64,000 bases of DNA from positions 124,001 through 188,000 of the forward strand of contig NW_027252026.1 in the NCBI RefSeq assembly GCF_044704955.1, read 5' to 3'. The position numbers were made by a program, and so were the translations under genes. The notes beneath the pieces are model-generated. The model searched no databases. It had not been told where the DNA came from and was given only the letters and a program-made list of their open reading frames with translations. The number at the start of each line of letters is the position of its first letter. The stretch's first letter is position 1. Shown in pieces: positions 13,215 to 26,620 of the stretch. This DNA is from Pristiophorus japonicus (lineage: Eukaryota).

Positions 13215-13879
13215 GTGAGTCGAGTTGGTTGGCCCAGTGCCAGCCTTTTGTTAATGTTCTGGAGTATTTAAAGCATTAGGGCCTAGAAATTCGATGACTT
13301 TGAATCCATTTTACAGGCATAAAACGGGCGCCAAAATGTCCAGTGTAGTGGTCAAGCAGCACGTGTACATTCCACGTTGGGTGTGCGCCGCCCACCATAT
13401 TGGTATAGGCATCAAAAGAGGCATCCAAGGCCCACGTCTGAAACAGCCATTAGTCCTTTGCATTTGCAAATCAGGGGTCGAGTGCCTGGTTGATGCTTCC
13501 TTTACCAAACTGGTTTGCCTGAACACAGCTGGCACCAGGCCGGCTGCATTCAAGAAAACCAGGTCTTCCTGCAGCCTAACCAGCGCCCCTCAATGGAGCC
13601 GCTGGAGGCCACCAGCAAAAGGGCAAGTTTAAAATAAATACTTACATGAATGTGGAGCCGACAGGTGCAGGAGTGCCCCCCCACCCACCTGTCCAGATTC
13701 CCCCCTCTCCCGGGCACATTCCCTTCTCCCGAGACCTATACCTGATGCAGTAACCACAAATTCAAATACTCTTCAACGCCGTGCTGCCTGGGGAGATCCG
13801 AGCAGGTGTCTGCAGCTCGTCGGTTTGGTGTAAATGAGAAGCCCGATATTGGGTGAGCTTTGGGCCTGTCCGTTCCAGC

Positions 13880-14100
13880 ACAGAGATCGTTCTCTAGACT
13901 TGAATGTGGAGGCTCAGTCGTTGAGTATGTTCAAGACAGAGATCGATAGATTTTTGGATATTAAGGCAATCGAGGGATATGGGGATAGTGCGGGAAAGTG
14001 GAGTCGAGGTCGAAGATCAGCAATGATCTTACTGAATGGCGGAGCAGGCTCGAGGGGTCAAATGGCCAACTCCTGTACCTAATTCTTATGTTCTTATGTT
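13880..14100 (+). mobile_element. CR1 LINE 3' end
   Basis: FKTEIDRFLDIKAIEGYG; 3' UTR and TTCTTATGTTCTTATG tail. Confidence 0.8.
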
Positions 14101-14243
14101 GAACACACGACCTTCTGATTCAGAGATGAGAGTGCTACCAACTGAGCCAAGACAGACACCTTAGATTGTTGAGAGATACTAAAGTACCAAATATGCTGTT
14201 GCCTAAAGTGACCTATCTGGATTTCTTGCTTTCCTTTTTTCAG

Positions 14244-14606
14244 TTTTCCCAGAAGCCCAAGGAGTTGAGATCTGCCAACAGAGAAGCATGTACCTCCAGA
14301 AAATACCAAACTAGACGCTTCATTTCAGGACAAAGCAAGACTGAACAAGTGCTAGAGAAACACCAGCATTGCCGAGAACTGAAGGATCAGCAACTTCAAC
14401 CAACACAATGGACTCACCAGCATCAGTCGGCACCAAGAGGTCACCAGCACCAATCATCACTGAGGCGCTTTTTACCCTTTAAGAATTTAGCACCACCAAC
14501 CAGCAACAAGACTTTATTGGCACCGACTCGTTCTGAACTCTATGCAAACCAAAGACAGATTAAACCTCATCTCTCCAAGGAGGTAACTATCAGGCCGGTA
14601 ACATAG
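14244..14606 (+). CDS. Terminal cytoplasmic exon (phase 0 start) with YAN motif
   Basis: Strong acceptor TTGCTTTCCTTTTTTCAG; phase 0 matches the previous exon and the open frame of ORF 14166-14606: FSQKPKEL...SELYANQRQI...RPVT*. Confidence 0.75.
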   Translation, partial: FSQKPKELRSANREACTSRKYQTRRFISGQSKTEQVLEKHQHCRELKDQQLQPTQWTHQHQSAPRGHQHQSSLRRFLPFKNLAPPTSNKTLLAPTRSELYANQRQIKPHLSKEVTIRPVT

Positions 14607-14879
14607 GACTCCCTTCATACAGAGAACTCCCAATTCCCACCACTGCATTGGTCCAAATACACAGAACTATTTGTTGGGAACGTGGTCTCAATATACAAGC
14701 TCTGCAGATCCTGACCAGAGTAGAGCCCTTACTCTGCATCCTGCATACAACACTTCTGCTGGTTTGAGGTTTTTCATGCCCACATCCCTTTAGACCATAG
14801 TGTCAACATCTTACCTTAAAAGGAAGCCCAATGAAGCCCTTATACAGTACACTAGTTGAAACACTGAGTTTTTCCAATT

Positions 14880-16070
14880 TGAGTCATAGAATAGTTAAAG
14901 CGCAGGAGGCCATTCGGCCCATTGAGCCTGTGCTGGCTCTCTGGAAGAGCACTTAAGCTCATCCCACACAGCCGCCCGTTCCCTGTAGCCCTGCAATTTT
15001 TTTTTCCTTCAGGTCCTTATCCAATTCCCTTTTGAAAGCCATAACTGAATCTGCCTCCACCCCCCTTTCAGGCAGCGCATTCCATATCCCAACCACTCGC
15101 TGCGTAAAAAAGCTTTCCCTCATGTTGCCTTTGGTTCTTTTGCCAATCACCTTAAATCTGTGTCCTCTGATTCTCAGCGCTCCCGTCTGCGTTGCAGCCC
15201 TTGGAACAGCGGTAGGTATGAAGACCTGCAAAAAAGGTAAGTTACAGTTTTTATTTTTAAATTATTTTCGATAGCTAAGTGTCTTGTGATTTTTTTTATT
15301 CTTTTGCAATTTTTGGGGGTGTTTTCCACCCTCCCTAGGCCCAACTCGTAGCGGTATCGGCCTCGGAGAAAAGTTGCAGCAAATTTGCGATTTGCGCCAC
15401 GAATCCTTGTGCAACGCCGATTTTTACCCCTGGGCGCATTTTATCCTGAATGTTAGGCCTCGTAGCAGTAGCAGAGTCATAGCGGTATTAAAACAAAATT
15501 GAATTTCTAACCCTTAGAGTATTGCGTACAGTTCTGGTCGTCATATCATAACAAGGAAATAAAGAGGCACTGGAGAGGGTGCAGAGAAGATTTACAAGGA
15601 TGATACCAGAAATGCAAGGTATACCTATCAAGAATGAATGAACAGATTAGGTCTCTTTTCTCTTGAAAAACTTCGGCTGAGGGGTAGTCTCAGAGGGCTT
15701 TAAATTTATGAACGGTTTTGACAGAGTGGATAGAGAATGTTTCCACTTGTGGGCAAGAGCATAACTAGAGGCCATCATTATAAGATAGCCATCAAGAAAT
15801 CCAATAGGGAATTCAAAAGAAATTTATTTACCGAGAGAATGGTGAGAATGTGGAACTCGCTACCACAGGGAGTGGTTGAAACGAATAGTATAGATGCATT
15901 TAAGGGGAGGCCAGACAATCATATGAGGGAGAAGGGAATAGAGGGTAATATTGATAAATTTAGATGAGGAAGGATGGGAGGAAGCTCGAGTGGAGCATAA
16001 ACGCTGGCATGGACTGGTTGGGCCAAATGGCCTGTTTCTGTGCCATATATCCGATGTAATCCTATGTCAT
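14880..16070. mobile_element. CR1 3' ends (about 14880-15170 minus; about 15515-16070 plus) flanking a probable DNA-transposon remnant
   Basis: RGHRFKVIGKR...FFTQRVVGIWNALP (-) and TRGHHYKI...WNSLPQGVVE (+). Confidence 0.75.
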
Positions 16071-16819
16071 GTCTTTATGGGGGCAACATCAGCAGCTATC
16101 ACAACTGCCCTTGGACAGGGTTTATTTTGAACAGGTAGAACACATGCTGTTTTAAGTGAAACAAGCAGAATATATGTGCTTTGTAGGTGAAAAAGCAGAA
16201 TCCATTTTAAAAGCCTCTCTCACTCACCTGACAGACTGGGGCTCAGCTGCAGGCTTATTACACCCTGCATCGGGCACCAAGCTCTACAGCATCTGCTATA
16301 TTCGCAGTGACGTTCAGGTCCAAGGATCAGGTGCATGTGAGCCACCTCAGGCTTCAGAGGAGTGATGGAGCAGATATTGCCATCCCACCTATGGCCCTCG
16401 GAGAAAGCTGCCTGTACCAATCTGTAGCCATGTGGAGAAGTAGCACGGCAAATATCAGAGAGAGTTACTCTCTTCATTTCAGAAGCCTGTCTCACAGATT
16501 AGATCACACCACCCATTGCAGAGTTCTCAGATGAGACAGACAAGCTACATGGACTCAGTTAATGGATTCAGTCTGATTCCAAACATTTGTTTTAAATTAC
16601 AGAAATCAAGTGATCTTCAAGCGGATTCCAACTCGACATACATGGTAACTATATCAAATATAGTAATTCAAACTAAGTTAGTGATTGATGCCAATATAGC
16701 AATTCATGTCAATATAATGAGTTAAGCCAAATCAAACCAACCCTTCAGAATAAAATGTTAATGGATTGCATCTACCTTTTGTTTCAGAATTTTGATCCAG
16801 TCTTAAGTCAGTACAAAAA

Positions 16820-17300
16820 TAACCCCGTCGACAATCAAACCTGGAAAAGCTGTTGGTCCAGATGGTGTTTATCCCGAATTCTTAAAAGCACTGGGACCCA
16901 AAGCGAAGAGATGGTTGATCTCCTTCTTCTCTGAGATACTGGCAACCGGTAAAATTCCACCGGTTTGGAGGGAGACTAAATTAATTGCCCTCCTGAAGCA
17001 GGGGAAGAACACTTGTGAAGCCTCCAGCTACTGCCCAATCTCCTTCCTCTGTACTAGTTATAAAGTGCTGGAGAGGCTGTCTATCACCGAAGTGACCCTT
17101 ACCAGTTGTTTACAGAGAATGGAGGCTTACTTCCACCGATGGCAACTTCGGACAAATCAAGAGACTGACATCTCGACATTCCACCTCAACACCCATCAAG
17201 TCTCCTTTTGCAGCACTGAGGTAAACCATGCCCAAAACCCTCCTATTTAGGAGTCAAGCTTGATCGCATTCGGTCAGTAATTACATAAATAAATAAAATC
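16820..17300 (+). mobile_element. Deleted non-LTR retrotransposon RT fragment, Vingi/ingi-like
   Basis: KPGKAVGPDGVYPEFLKALGPKAKRWL...WRETKLIALLKQGK...YCPISFLCTSYKVLERL; (TAAA)n tail near 17286. Confidence 0.6.
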
Positions 17301-17489
17301 TGGAATAAAAAGCTAATGTCAGTAATGGTCACCATGAAACTCCATGATTGTCGTAAAAACCTAAACTAATGTCCTTTCGGGAAGGAAATCTGCCGCCCTT
17401 ACCCGGTCTAGCCTATATGTGACTCCAGTCCCACAGCAATATGGTTAACTCTTAACTAGGCTCTAAAAACAGTAATAATAATAAAACCG

Positions 17490-18693
17490 GACAGACCACC
17501 CAGCATCTACCTCAGCACCAGCTTCAGACACGACAAAGGAATACCCAGCCCAGCCAACTCTGCAAAGTCCTTCTCACTAACATCTGGGAACTTGTGCCAA
17601 AATTGGGAGAGCTGTCCCACATACTAGTCAAGCAACAACCTGACAGTTATACTCACGGAATCAAATCTATCAGCCAATGTCCCAGGCTCCTCCATCACCA
17701 CCTCTGGGTATGTCTTGTCCCACCGGCAGGATAGAACCACTTGTGGTGATGGCATAGTGGTATACAGTTGGGAGGGAGTGGCCCTGGGAGTCCTCAACAT
17801 TGACTAAGGACCTCATGAAGTCTCATGGTTTCAGGTCAAGCATGGGCAAGGAAACCTCCTGCTGATTACCACCGACTGCCCTCCCTCAGCTGATGAATCA
17901 GTACTCTTGAATATTGAACACCATTTGGAATAAGCACTGAGAGCAGCAAGGGCAGAGAATGTACTCTGGGTGGGGAACTCCAATGTCCATCACCAAGAGT
18001 GGCTCGGTAGCACCACTACTGACCAAGCTGCCCCAGTCCTGAAGGATATTAAATTATTATTTAAATGGGGAGAGATTACAAAATGCTGCGGTACAGAGGG
18101 ATCTGTGGGTCCTTGTACATGAAACACAAAAGGTTATAGCATGCAGATACAGCAAATAATTAAGAAGGCAAATGGAATGTTGGCCTTTATTGCAAAATGG
18201 ATGGACTATAACAGTAAGGAAGTCCTGCTACAACTGTACAGGGTGTTGGTAAGACCACGCCTGGAGTACTGCGTACAGATTTGCTCTCCTTATTTAAGAA
18301 AGGACATACTTGCATTGGAGGCAGTTCAAAGAAGGTTCACGAGGTTGATTCCTGAGATGAAGGGATTGTCACATGAAGAAAGGTCGAGCAGGTTGGGGAA
18401 TAATGAGGGAAATAGAATGGACACAGTTGAGGGCCATGTTAACCATGATAGAGGGGCATCCATGGTTGAGGAAAAAGGAAGAAATAAAGGATCCAAGAAA
18501 TCTCAGATGTAGGAAGCAAAGTGTATTAATGACCAATGGGTGTTTTTGTGACTGGAAGGCTGTTTCCAGTGGAGCACCGCAAGGCTCAGTACTCAGTCCC
18601 TTGCTTTTTGTGGTATATGTCAATGATTTGGACTTTAATGTAGGGGGTATGATTAAGAAGTTTGCAGATGATACAAAAATTGGCAGTGTGGTT
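17490..18693 (+). mobile_element. Mosaic of CR1-clade endonuclease and RT fragments
   Basis: EN-like GNSNVHHQEWLGS; LVRPRLEYCVQ; SGAPQGSVLSPLLF...FADDTK interrupted by the Gypsy at 18694. Confidence 0.75.
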
Positions 18694-21600
18694 TGTTATG
18701 TATGGAGAAAGAGTCAGGCTGATCACTGTGAGCTCAAAGTAAAGTGTGACCCGTAGTCTTTTATTGCAGGTCTCCAGAGTACCTCTCCAACCCGTGAGGC
18801 CTCCTTAAATACCTGTGCTCCCAAGGGTTTATGGGATCCCTTGGGACTCCAGGGGATGAGCCCGCTGGTGGCTGTACAGAGTAATTACAAGTTTACAAAA
18901 ATAACACTCCTTCCCAAAGTCAATAGTGTAACTATTCACGACGTGAGTCGATCTGGGGCCCTTCTTGCCCTGGTTGATCGTCTCGGTGTAAAAGCTGATA
19001 TTGTTAAATCATTTGTTGGGCCCTCGCAGGGCTGCTGTGCAGCTGGCCTTGCTGAGCTGCCTGATGTGTTGGGTTCTGCATCGTGCTCAACCGTGGTGCC
19101 GGTTGCCACTGATGTGTATGCTGGGGGGTCAAAAAAGGTAGGGTCCAAGGTGGGTTGCTCTGGATAGTCCGTGAATCTGAGTTTGATTTGGTCCAAGCGT
19201 TTCCGGTGAATGAATTCATTTGAAAGTTTGACCCGAAACACCCTACTCCCCTCTTTGGCCACGACAGTTCCGGGAAGCCACTTGGGACCTTGTCCATAAT
19301 TCAATACAAAAACAGGATCATTGATTTCAATCTCGCATGACACATTTGCCCTATCATGGTATGCACTTTGTTGAAGCCGCCTGCTCTCTACCTGTTCATG
19401 TAGATCAGGGTGAACTAATGAGAGCCTTGTCTTAAGTGCTCTTTTCATGAGCAGTTCAGCAGGTAGGATCCCAGTGAGCGAGTGGGATCTCGTGCGGTAG
19501 CTAAGCAGGACGCAGGGTAGGCAAGTCTGCAGTTACCCTCTTCAAGCCTTGCTTGATGGTTTGCACTGCTCTCTCTGCCTGACCATTGGATGCTGGTTTA
19601 AACGGGGCAGATGTGACATGTTTGATCCCGTTACGGGTCATGAATTCTTTGAACTCAGCACTGGTAAAACATGGGTACCATTGTTGCTCACCAGGACATC
19701 GGGTAAGCCGTGAGTGGCAAACATGGCCCGCAGACTTTCAGTGGTGGCAGCAGACATGCTCGCCGATATTATCTCACATTCAATCCACTTGGAATCCGCG
19801 TCTACAACCAGAAGGAACATTTTACCCAAGAATGGACCTGCATAGTTGACGTGTACCCTAGACCACAGTTTGGAGGGTCAAGATCATAAACTTAGCGGCG
19901 CCTCCCTGGGTACATTGCTTAACTGCGAGCATATATTGAATCTGTGAATTCAGAACTCTAAGTCCGCATCAATACCGGGCCACCACACGTGGGATCTGGC
20001 TATCGCTTTCATCATTACGATGCCTGGGTGGGTACTGTGGAGGTCAGTGGAGGTCTCTGCCCTTCTTGGGGACCACTACTCGATTGCCCCACAGAAAGCA
20101 GTCTGCCTGTATAGACATTTCATCCTTGCGCCTCTGCCATGGCTTAATCATTTCCTGCATTTCCACTGGGACACTGGACCAGCTCCCATGAAGCACACAG
20201 CTTTTGACTCGAGATAATAAGGAGTCCTGGCTTGTCCAGGTTTTGATCTGCCGGGCAGTGACAGGTGATTGCTCACTCTCAAATGCTTCCATAACCACGG
20301 CTAGATCTGTGGGCTGCGCCATTTCCACCCCCGTGGTGGGCAATGACAGCCTACTGAGAGCATCGGCGCAGTTTCTGTGCCTGGCTTGTGGCGGATGGCG
20401 TAGTTGTATGCGGACAACGTGATAGTCCATCTCTGGATGCGGGCCGATGCGTTGGTATTTATCCCTTTACTCTCGGAATACAGGGATGTAAGTGGCTTAT
20501 GGTCAGTTTCCAATTAGAATTTTAGCCCAAACAGGTATTGATGCATTTTCTTTACCCCATAGACACACGCAACGCTTCTTTTTCAATCATGCTGTCTGCT
20601 CTCTCAGCCTTAGACAGACTCCTGGATGCATAAGCAACCGGTTGCAGTTTCCCGAAATCATTGGCTTCTGCAGTACCCAACCGACGCCATATGGCGACGC
20701 ATCACATGCCAGTACCAAACGCTTACATGGATCATACAACACAAGCAATTTGTTTGAGCATAACAATTTTCTCGCTTATACAAAAGCATTTTCTTGGCTT
20801 TTGCCCCAAACACATTCGTCCCCTTTTCGTAGTAAGACATGCAATGGTTCGAACAGTGTGCTGAGACCCGGTAAGAAGTTACCAAAGTAGTTCAGGAGTC
20901 CCAGAAACGACCGCAGCTCCGTCACGTTCTGTAGCTTCGGTGCGTTCTCGATTGCCTCCGTCTTCGCGTTGGTGGGCCTGATGCCGCCTGCCGTGATTCT
21001 CCTTCCCAAGAACTCCACTTCAGGCACCAGGAAAATGCACTTCAAGCATTTTAACCTGAGCCCCACGCGGTTGAGTCGACTAAGAACCTCCTCCAGGTTC
21101 TACAGATGCTCGTCTGTGTTCCGACCTGTGACCAAGATGTCATCTTGGAAGACCACAGTGTGTGGGACCGACTTCAGTAAGCTTTCCATGTTTCTCTGGA
21201 ATATCGGCACCGCTGATCGGATTCCAAACGGGCATGTGTTATAAACAAAAAGACCCATGTGCGTGTTGATGCAGGTGAGGGCCTTCGATGATTCCTCCAG
21301 ATCAGACGTCATGTAGGCTGAAATCAGATCCAGCTTCGTGAACGTCTTTCCTCTCGCCAGCATTGCAAAGAGGTCGTCGGCCGTTGGTAGTGGGTATTGG
21401 TCCTGCAGGGATCAACGATTGATAGTTACTTTGTAATTGCCAGATTCTGACGGTGCTGTCTCCTTTGAGGACTGGGACGATAGGAGTGGCCCTCTCGTTG
21501 AAGTCGATCGGTGAAATGATGCCCTCTCTTTGCAGCTGGTCTAGCTCGATCTCTACCCTTTCTCTCATCATGTACGGTACTGCTCTCGCCTTGTGATGGA

Positions 21601-23237
21601 TGGGTTGAGCCCCCGGAATTAGGTGGATCTGCACTTTTGCTCCTTGGAATTTCCCGATGCCTGGTTCGAACAGCAAAGGAAACTTGTTTAATACCTGGGC
21701 ACACGAAGTGTCGTCAGCAGGCGATAGCGCTCGGACGTTGTCCAAGTTCCAGCATGTCGTTCCCAGCCAGCTTCTGCTAAGCAGGGTGGGACCATTGCCT
21801 GGTACCACCCAGAGTGGTAGCTTGCGCACTGCTCCATCATAGGAGACCTTTACGGTAGCACTGCCGATTACAGGAATAAGTTATTTTGTTTAAGTTCTTA
21901 GTTTCATGCAAACTTGAGTTAAAACTGGCCATGAGGCCTTGTTGCACCACAATCTTTCGAAAGTCTTTTTGCCCATGATGGACTGGCTCACGCCCGTGTC
22001 CAGCTCCATTGACACCGGGAGTTCATTTAGTTCAACATTCAGCATTATCGGGGGACACTTCATGGTAAATGTGTGCACCCCATATACCTCTGAGTCTTCG
22101 GTCTGAGACTCTGGTTCGTCGTGATCCTCCGTTGATCCGTCCTCCTCTGCAACATGGTAGTTTGACAGGATTTGCAGCTCACCTGCACACTCGTTGGAGG
22201 TGTCCCAATGTTCCACAGCCCTTGCAAACGTACTTTTTGAATCGGCATGAATGGAAAAGATGATTACCCCCGCAGTGCCAACAAGGTGTTAATGGCCTTG
22301 CATTCATCACCCTCGATGGTGGATTCAGACATCTGTGGACGTGCAGGTGTGTGTGACCTGCCCTGTACATTACGATTCAGAAACAACATTGCTTTGTTTA
22401 CAGTACTTGTAGCAGCACTTGTGTGCTGAGAGATTTGCTTGTACTTGTAGCAGCACTTGTGTGCTGAGAGATTTGCTTCATATTGTCACTGGTGGCAATG
22501 AACTCCTGGGCTATCGCTATGGCCTTACTCAAGGTTGGGGTCTCTACAGTCAAAAGTTTGCGAAGTATGGTTTTCGTGGCCAATGCCAAATATGAAAAAG
22601 TCTCAGAGCATGTGCTCCAAATGTCCTTCAAATTCGCAATGTCCTGCAAGGCGTCTTAGCTCGGAGACATATTTTGCCACTTCCTGGCCTTCAGACCTTT
22701 TGTCGCTGTAGAACCGGTACCTCGCCATCGGAACGTCTTCCTTCGGGTTCAAATGCTCTCGGACCAGTGTGCACAAATCATCGTATGATTTCTCCGTGGG
22801 TTTCGCTGGGGTGAGCAGATTCTTCACGAGGTCATACGTTGGTGCCCCAGACGGTGAGGAGGATTGCCCTTCATTTGGCAGCGTTCTCTTCCCCATCTAG
22901 CTCGTTGGCCACGAAGTATTTGTCGAGTCACTCCACAAAAGTTTCCCAATCATCTCCCTCCGAGAATTTCTCCAGGATGCCCAGTTCTCTGCATCTTTGG
23001 GTTCGCTATCTGTATCTCGTCGCCAGTAGTTATGTATGGAGAAAGAGTCAGATTGAACACTGTGAGCTCAAAGTAAAGTGTGACCTTAGTCTTTTATTGC
23101 AAGTCTCCCGAGTGCCTCTCCAACCTGTGAGGCCTCCTTAAATACCTGTGCTCCGAAGGGATTAAGGGATCCCTTGGGACTCCAGGGGATAAGCCCTCTG
23201 GTGGCTGTAGAGTAAATACAAGTTTACATATATAACA
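18694..23237 (-). mobile_element. Near full-length Gypsy LTR retrotransposon (LTRs 18694-18906 and 23028-23237), frameshifted gag-pol
   Basis: TSD TGGTT/TAGTT in a CR1; PBS TGGCGACGAG; ELDTG protease, FQDDIL RT, ETDHKPL RNase H, integrase motifs. Confidence 0.95.
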
Positions 23238-24665
23238 TAGTTGATAATGAAGAAGGAAGTTGTAGACTTCAGGAAGATATCAATAAACTGGTCAGGTGGG
23301 CAGAAAAGTGGCAAATGGAATTCATTCCGGAGAAGTGTGAAGTAATGCATTTGAGGATGGCCAACAAGGCAAGGGAATACACAATAAATGGTAGGACACA
23401 AAGGTGTAGAGGAACAGAGGGACCTAGGAGTGCATGTCCACAGATCACTGAAGATAGCAGGCAAGGTGGTTAAGAAGGCACACGGAATACTTGCCTTTGT
23501 TAGCCGAGGCATAGAATACAAGAGCAGGAAGGCTATGCTTGAACTGTATAAAACACTAGTTAGGCCACAGCTGGAGTACTGCGTGCAGTTCTGGTCACCA
23601 CATTACAGGAAAGATATGATTGCACTAGAGGCTTCAGAGGAGATTTATGAGGATGTTGCCTGGACTGGAGAATTTTAGCTATGAGAAATGATTGGATAGG
23701 CTAGCTTTGTTCTCATTTGGAACAGAGGAGGTCGAGAGGAGACCTCATTGAGTTGTATAACATTTTGAGGGGCCTGGATATAGTGGAGACCAAGGAACTA
23801 TTTCCCTTTGTTGAGGAGTCAATTACGAGCGGGCATAGTTTTAAGGTGGTTGGTGGAAGGTTCTGAGGGGATTTGAGGGGAGGCTTCTTCACTCAGAGGG
23901 TTATGGGGGTCTGGAACCCAATGCCCGAAGGGTGGTGGATACTGTTATGTATGTAACTCTTGGCAACCTGTATCATACCACCAGCAGAGGGCCTACCTGT
24001 TCGGAGTCCCAAGGAATCCCAGCATCCCTTGGGAGCACTGTATATAAGCAGGCCTCCCATGCTGTACCGACACTCTGGAGTTTAATTAAAGGAGCTAGGG
24101 TCACACTTACTCATTGCATACAGTACTCAATTGTATCACTTTCTTATGAGCGTAACAGATACAGAAACCTTCACCACATTTAAAAGGTGCTTGGATGGGC
24201 ACTTAAAAGTGCCGTAATCTGCAGGGTTACGGAACTACAGCTGCTAAGTGGGATTAGACTGGATAACCTCTTGTTGGATGGCGCAGATAAGATGGCAAGT
24301 ACTGCAGGGAATCGAATATGGCCAGGGTGATCTCCGGGACAAGTTTCGATCGCCTGGATGGGTCGGAGAAGAATTTTCCCAGATTTGTTTTTCCACAATT
24401 GGCCTGGATTTTAAAATCTGGTTTTTGCCTCGCTCAGGAGATCACCTGTCTCCGGTTGGGGTGGGATATAGAATGTTTCGGTGAAAGGGGTGTTGCGGTT
24501 GTGTGGGGGTGGACTGGTTAGGCTTTTTAGATTTTCCACATTGTTCATAGGTTTATCTGTAACCTTCAGGGCTGCTGACCGAGGGCCGTGTGGATCTTTG
24601 TCGGCCGGCACGGACACGATGGGTCGGAATGGCCTCCTTCTGTGCTGTAGGTTTCTATGTTTCTA
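23238..24665 (+). mobile_element. CR1 LINE 3' half, continuing the element split at 18693
   Basis: LVRPQLEYCVQFWSPHYRKD; TTTCTATGTTTCTATG tail. Confidence 0.85.
23943..24157 (+). mobile_element. Gypsy-type solo LTR
   Basis: TGTTA...TAACA termini; perfect 5-bp TSD GATAC; TATATAA box. Confidence 0.9.
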
Positions 24666-24829
24666 TGTAAAAGAGCAATGGCTTGTCAACAGGTTTGTTT
24701 GGCTGTTTAGAAATGCATCAGTGTCCAGTAAAGCTCTAGGAGAAAGCTCTGCCCACCTGGGGCTCGCTTGCCGTGTAGGAGTTCCAAGTAGAGCGTTTGA
24801 TTTGGGAGTCTTGTGTCGGGTATGCGAAC

Positions 24830-26620
24830 AATGTGGCCCGGCCAACGGAGCTGGTCGAGTGTGGTCAGTGCTTTGATGCTGGGGATGTTGGCCTGATCGA
24901 GAACACTGACATTGGTGCGTCTGTCCTCTCAGGGGATTTGCAGGATCTTGCAGAGGCATCGCTGGAGTTACTTCTCCAGCGATGTGAGGTGTGTACTGTA
25001 TATGAACCATACAGGAGGGCGGGTCTCGCACCCTCTCATCAAACTACAGTACGTGGACAACGCTTGTGTCTGCGCACATTCAGAGGCTGAACTCCAAGTC
25101 ATCGTCGACATCTTCACCGAAAAGCATTGGCCTTACACCAACCTGACCCCGCAACACAGCACTGCCCCCCAGTTATCAAGATCCACGGCCCGGCCCTGGA
25201 CAACGTGGATCACTTTCCATACCTCGGGAGCCTATTATCAGCAAGGGCAGACATCGACGACGAGGTTCAACACCGCCTCCAGTGCAACCGTCGGCCGCCT
25301 GAGGAAGAGAGTGTTCGAAGATTAGGCCCTCAAATCTGGCACCAAACTTATGGTCTAGTGATAGTGATTGTTTCAAGTCTACCCCCGCCTCCCACCCCAC
25401 AATAGCTCAATTATCAATTATTGGGATGTTTTTAGTGTCCTCTACTGTAAAGTCCGATACAAAATATTTGTTCAAAGTCTCTGCCATTTTCCTGTTTTTC
25501 CATTATTAATTCCCGAGTCTCATCCTCTAAGGGACCAACGTTTACTTTAGCTACTCGTTTCCTTTTGACATACCTGTAGAAGCTCTTACTGTATGTTGTT
25601 ATATTTCTTGCTAATTTATTCTCATATTCTACCTTCTCCATCTTTATCCCTGCAACACTTTGCAATTTTTCTCCATTTAAATTATAATTTGCTTTTAAAA
25701 AAAAATTCTGCCAGTGGATAACCTCACACTTTCCCACATTATACTCCACCTGACAAATTTTTGCCCACTCAGCCTGTCTATATCCCTTTGCAGATGTTTT
25801 GTGCCCTCCTCACAACTTGCTTTCCCACCCATCTTTGTATCATCAGCAAACTTGGCTTAATTGCACTCAATCCCTTCATCCAAATCATTATTATAGATTG
25901 TAAATAGTTGAGGCCCCAGCACCGATCCCTGCAGCACCCCACTAGTTATTGTTTACCAAATGGAAAATGACCCATTTATCCCATCTCTCTGTTTTCTGTT
26001 AGTTAGCTAATTCTCTATCCGTGCTAATATATTATCCCCAACCCCATGAACTTTTATCTTGTGCAGTAATCTTTTATGTGGCATCTTATCGAATGCCTTC
26101 TGGAAATCCAAATACACATCCACTGGTTCCCCCTTAACCACCCTGCACGTTACATCCTCAAAGAATTCCAGCAAATTTGTCAAACATGTTTTTCCTTTCA
26201 TGAAACCATGCTAACTCTGCTTAATTGAATTATGCTTTTCCAAATGTCCTGCTACTGCTTACTTAATAATGGATTCCAGCATTTGGCCAACGACAGATGT
26301 AAGGCTAACTGGTCTATAATTTCCTGCTTTCTGTCTGCCTCCTTTTTTAGATAGGGGCATTACATTTGCAGTTTTCCAGCCTCTGGGACCTTCCCACAAT
26401 CCAGGGAATTTTGGTTAAATTACAACCAATGCATCCACTATCTCTGCAGTCACTTTTTTTAAGACCCTAGGATGCAAGTCATCAGGTCCAGGGAACTTAT
26501 CCACCTTTAGTCCCATTATTTTACTGAGTACTTCTTCTTTAGTGGCAGTGATTGTTTTCAGTTCCTCCTGATAGCCCCTTGATTATCCATTATTGGGATG
26601 TTTTTGTCTTCTACCATGAA
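24830..26620. mobile_element. RTE LINE fragments (about 24830-25356) and CR1 minus-strand fragments (about 25360-26620)
   Basis: LQYVDNACVCAHSEAELQ, DHFPYLGSLLS (RTE); [15 protein letters not shown]...DFQKAFDK (CR1). Confidence 0.8.
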
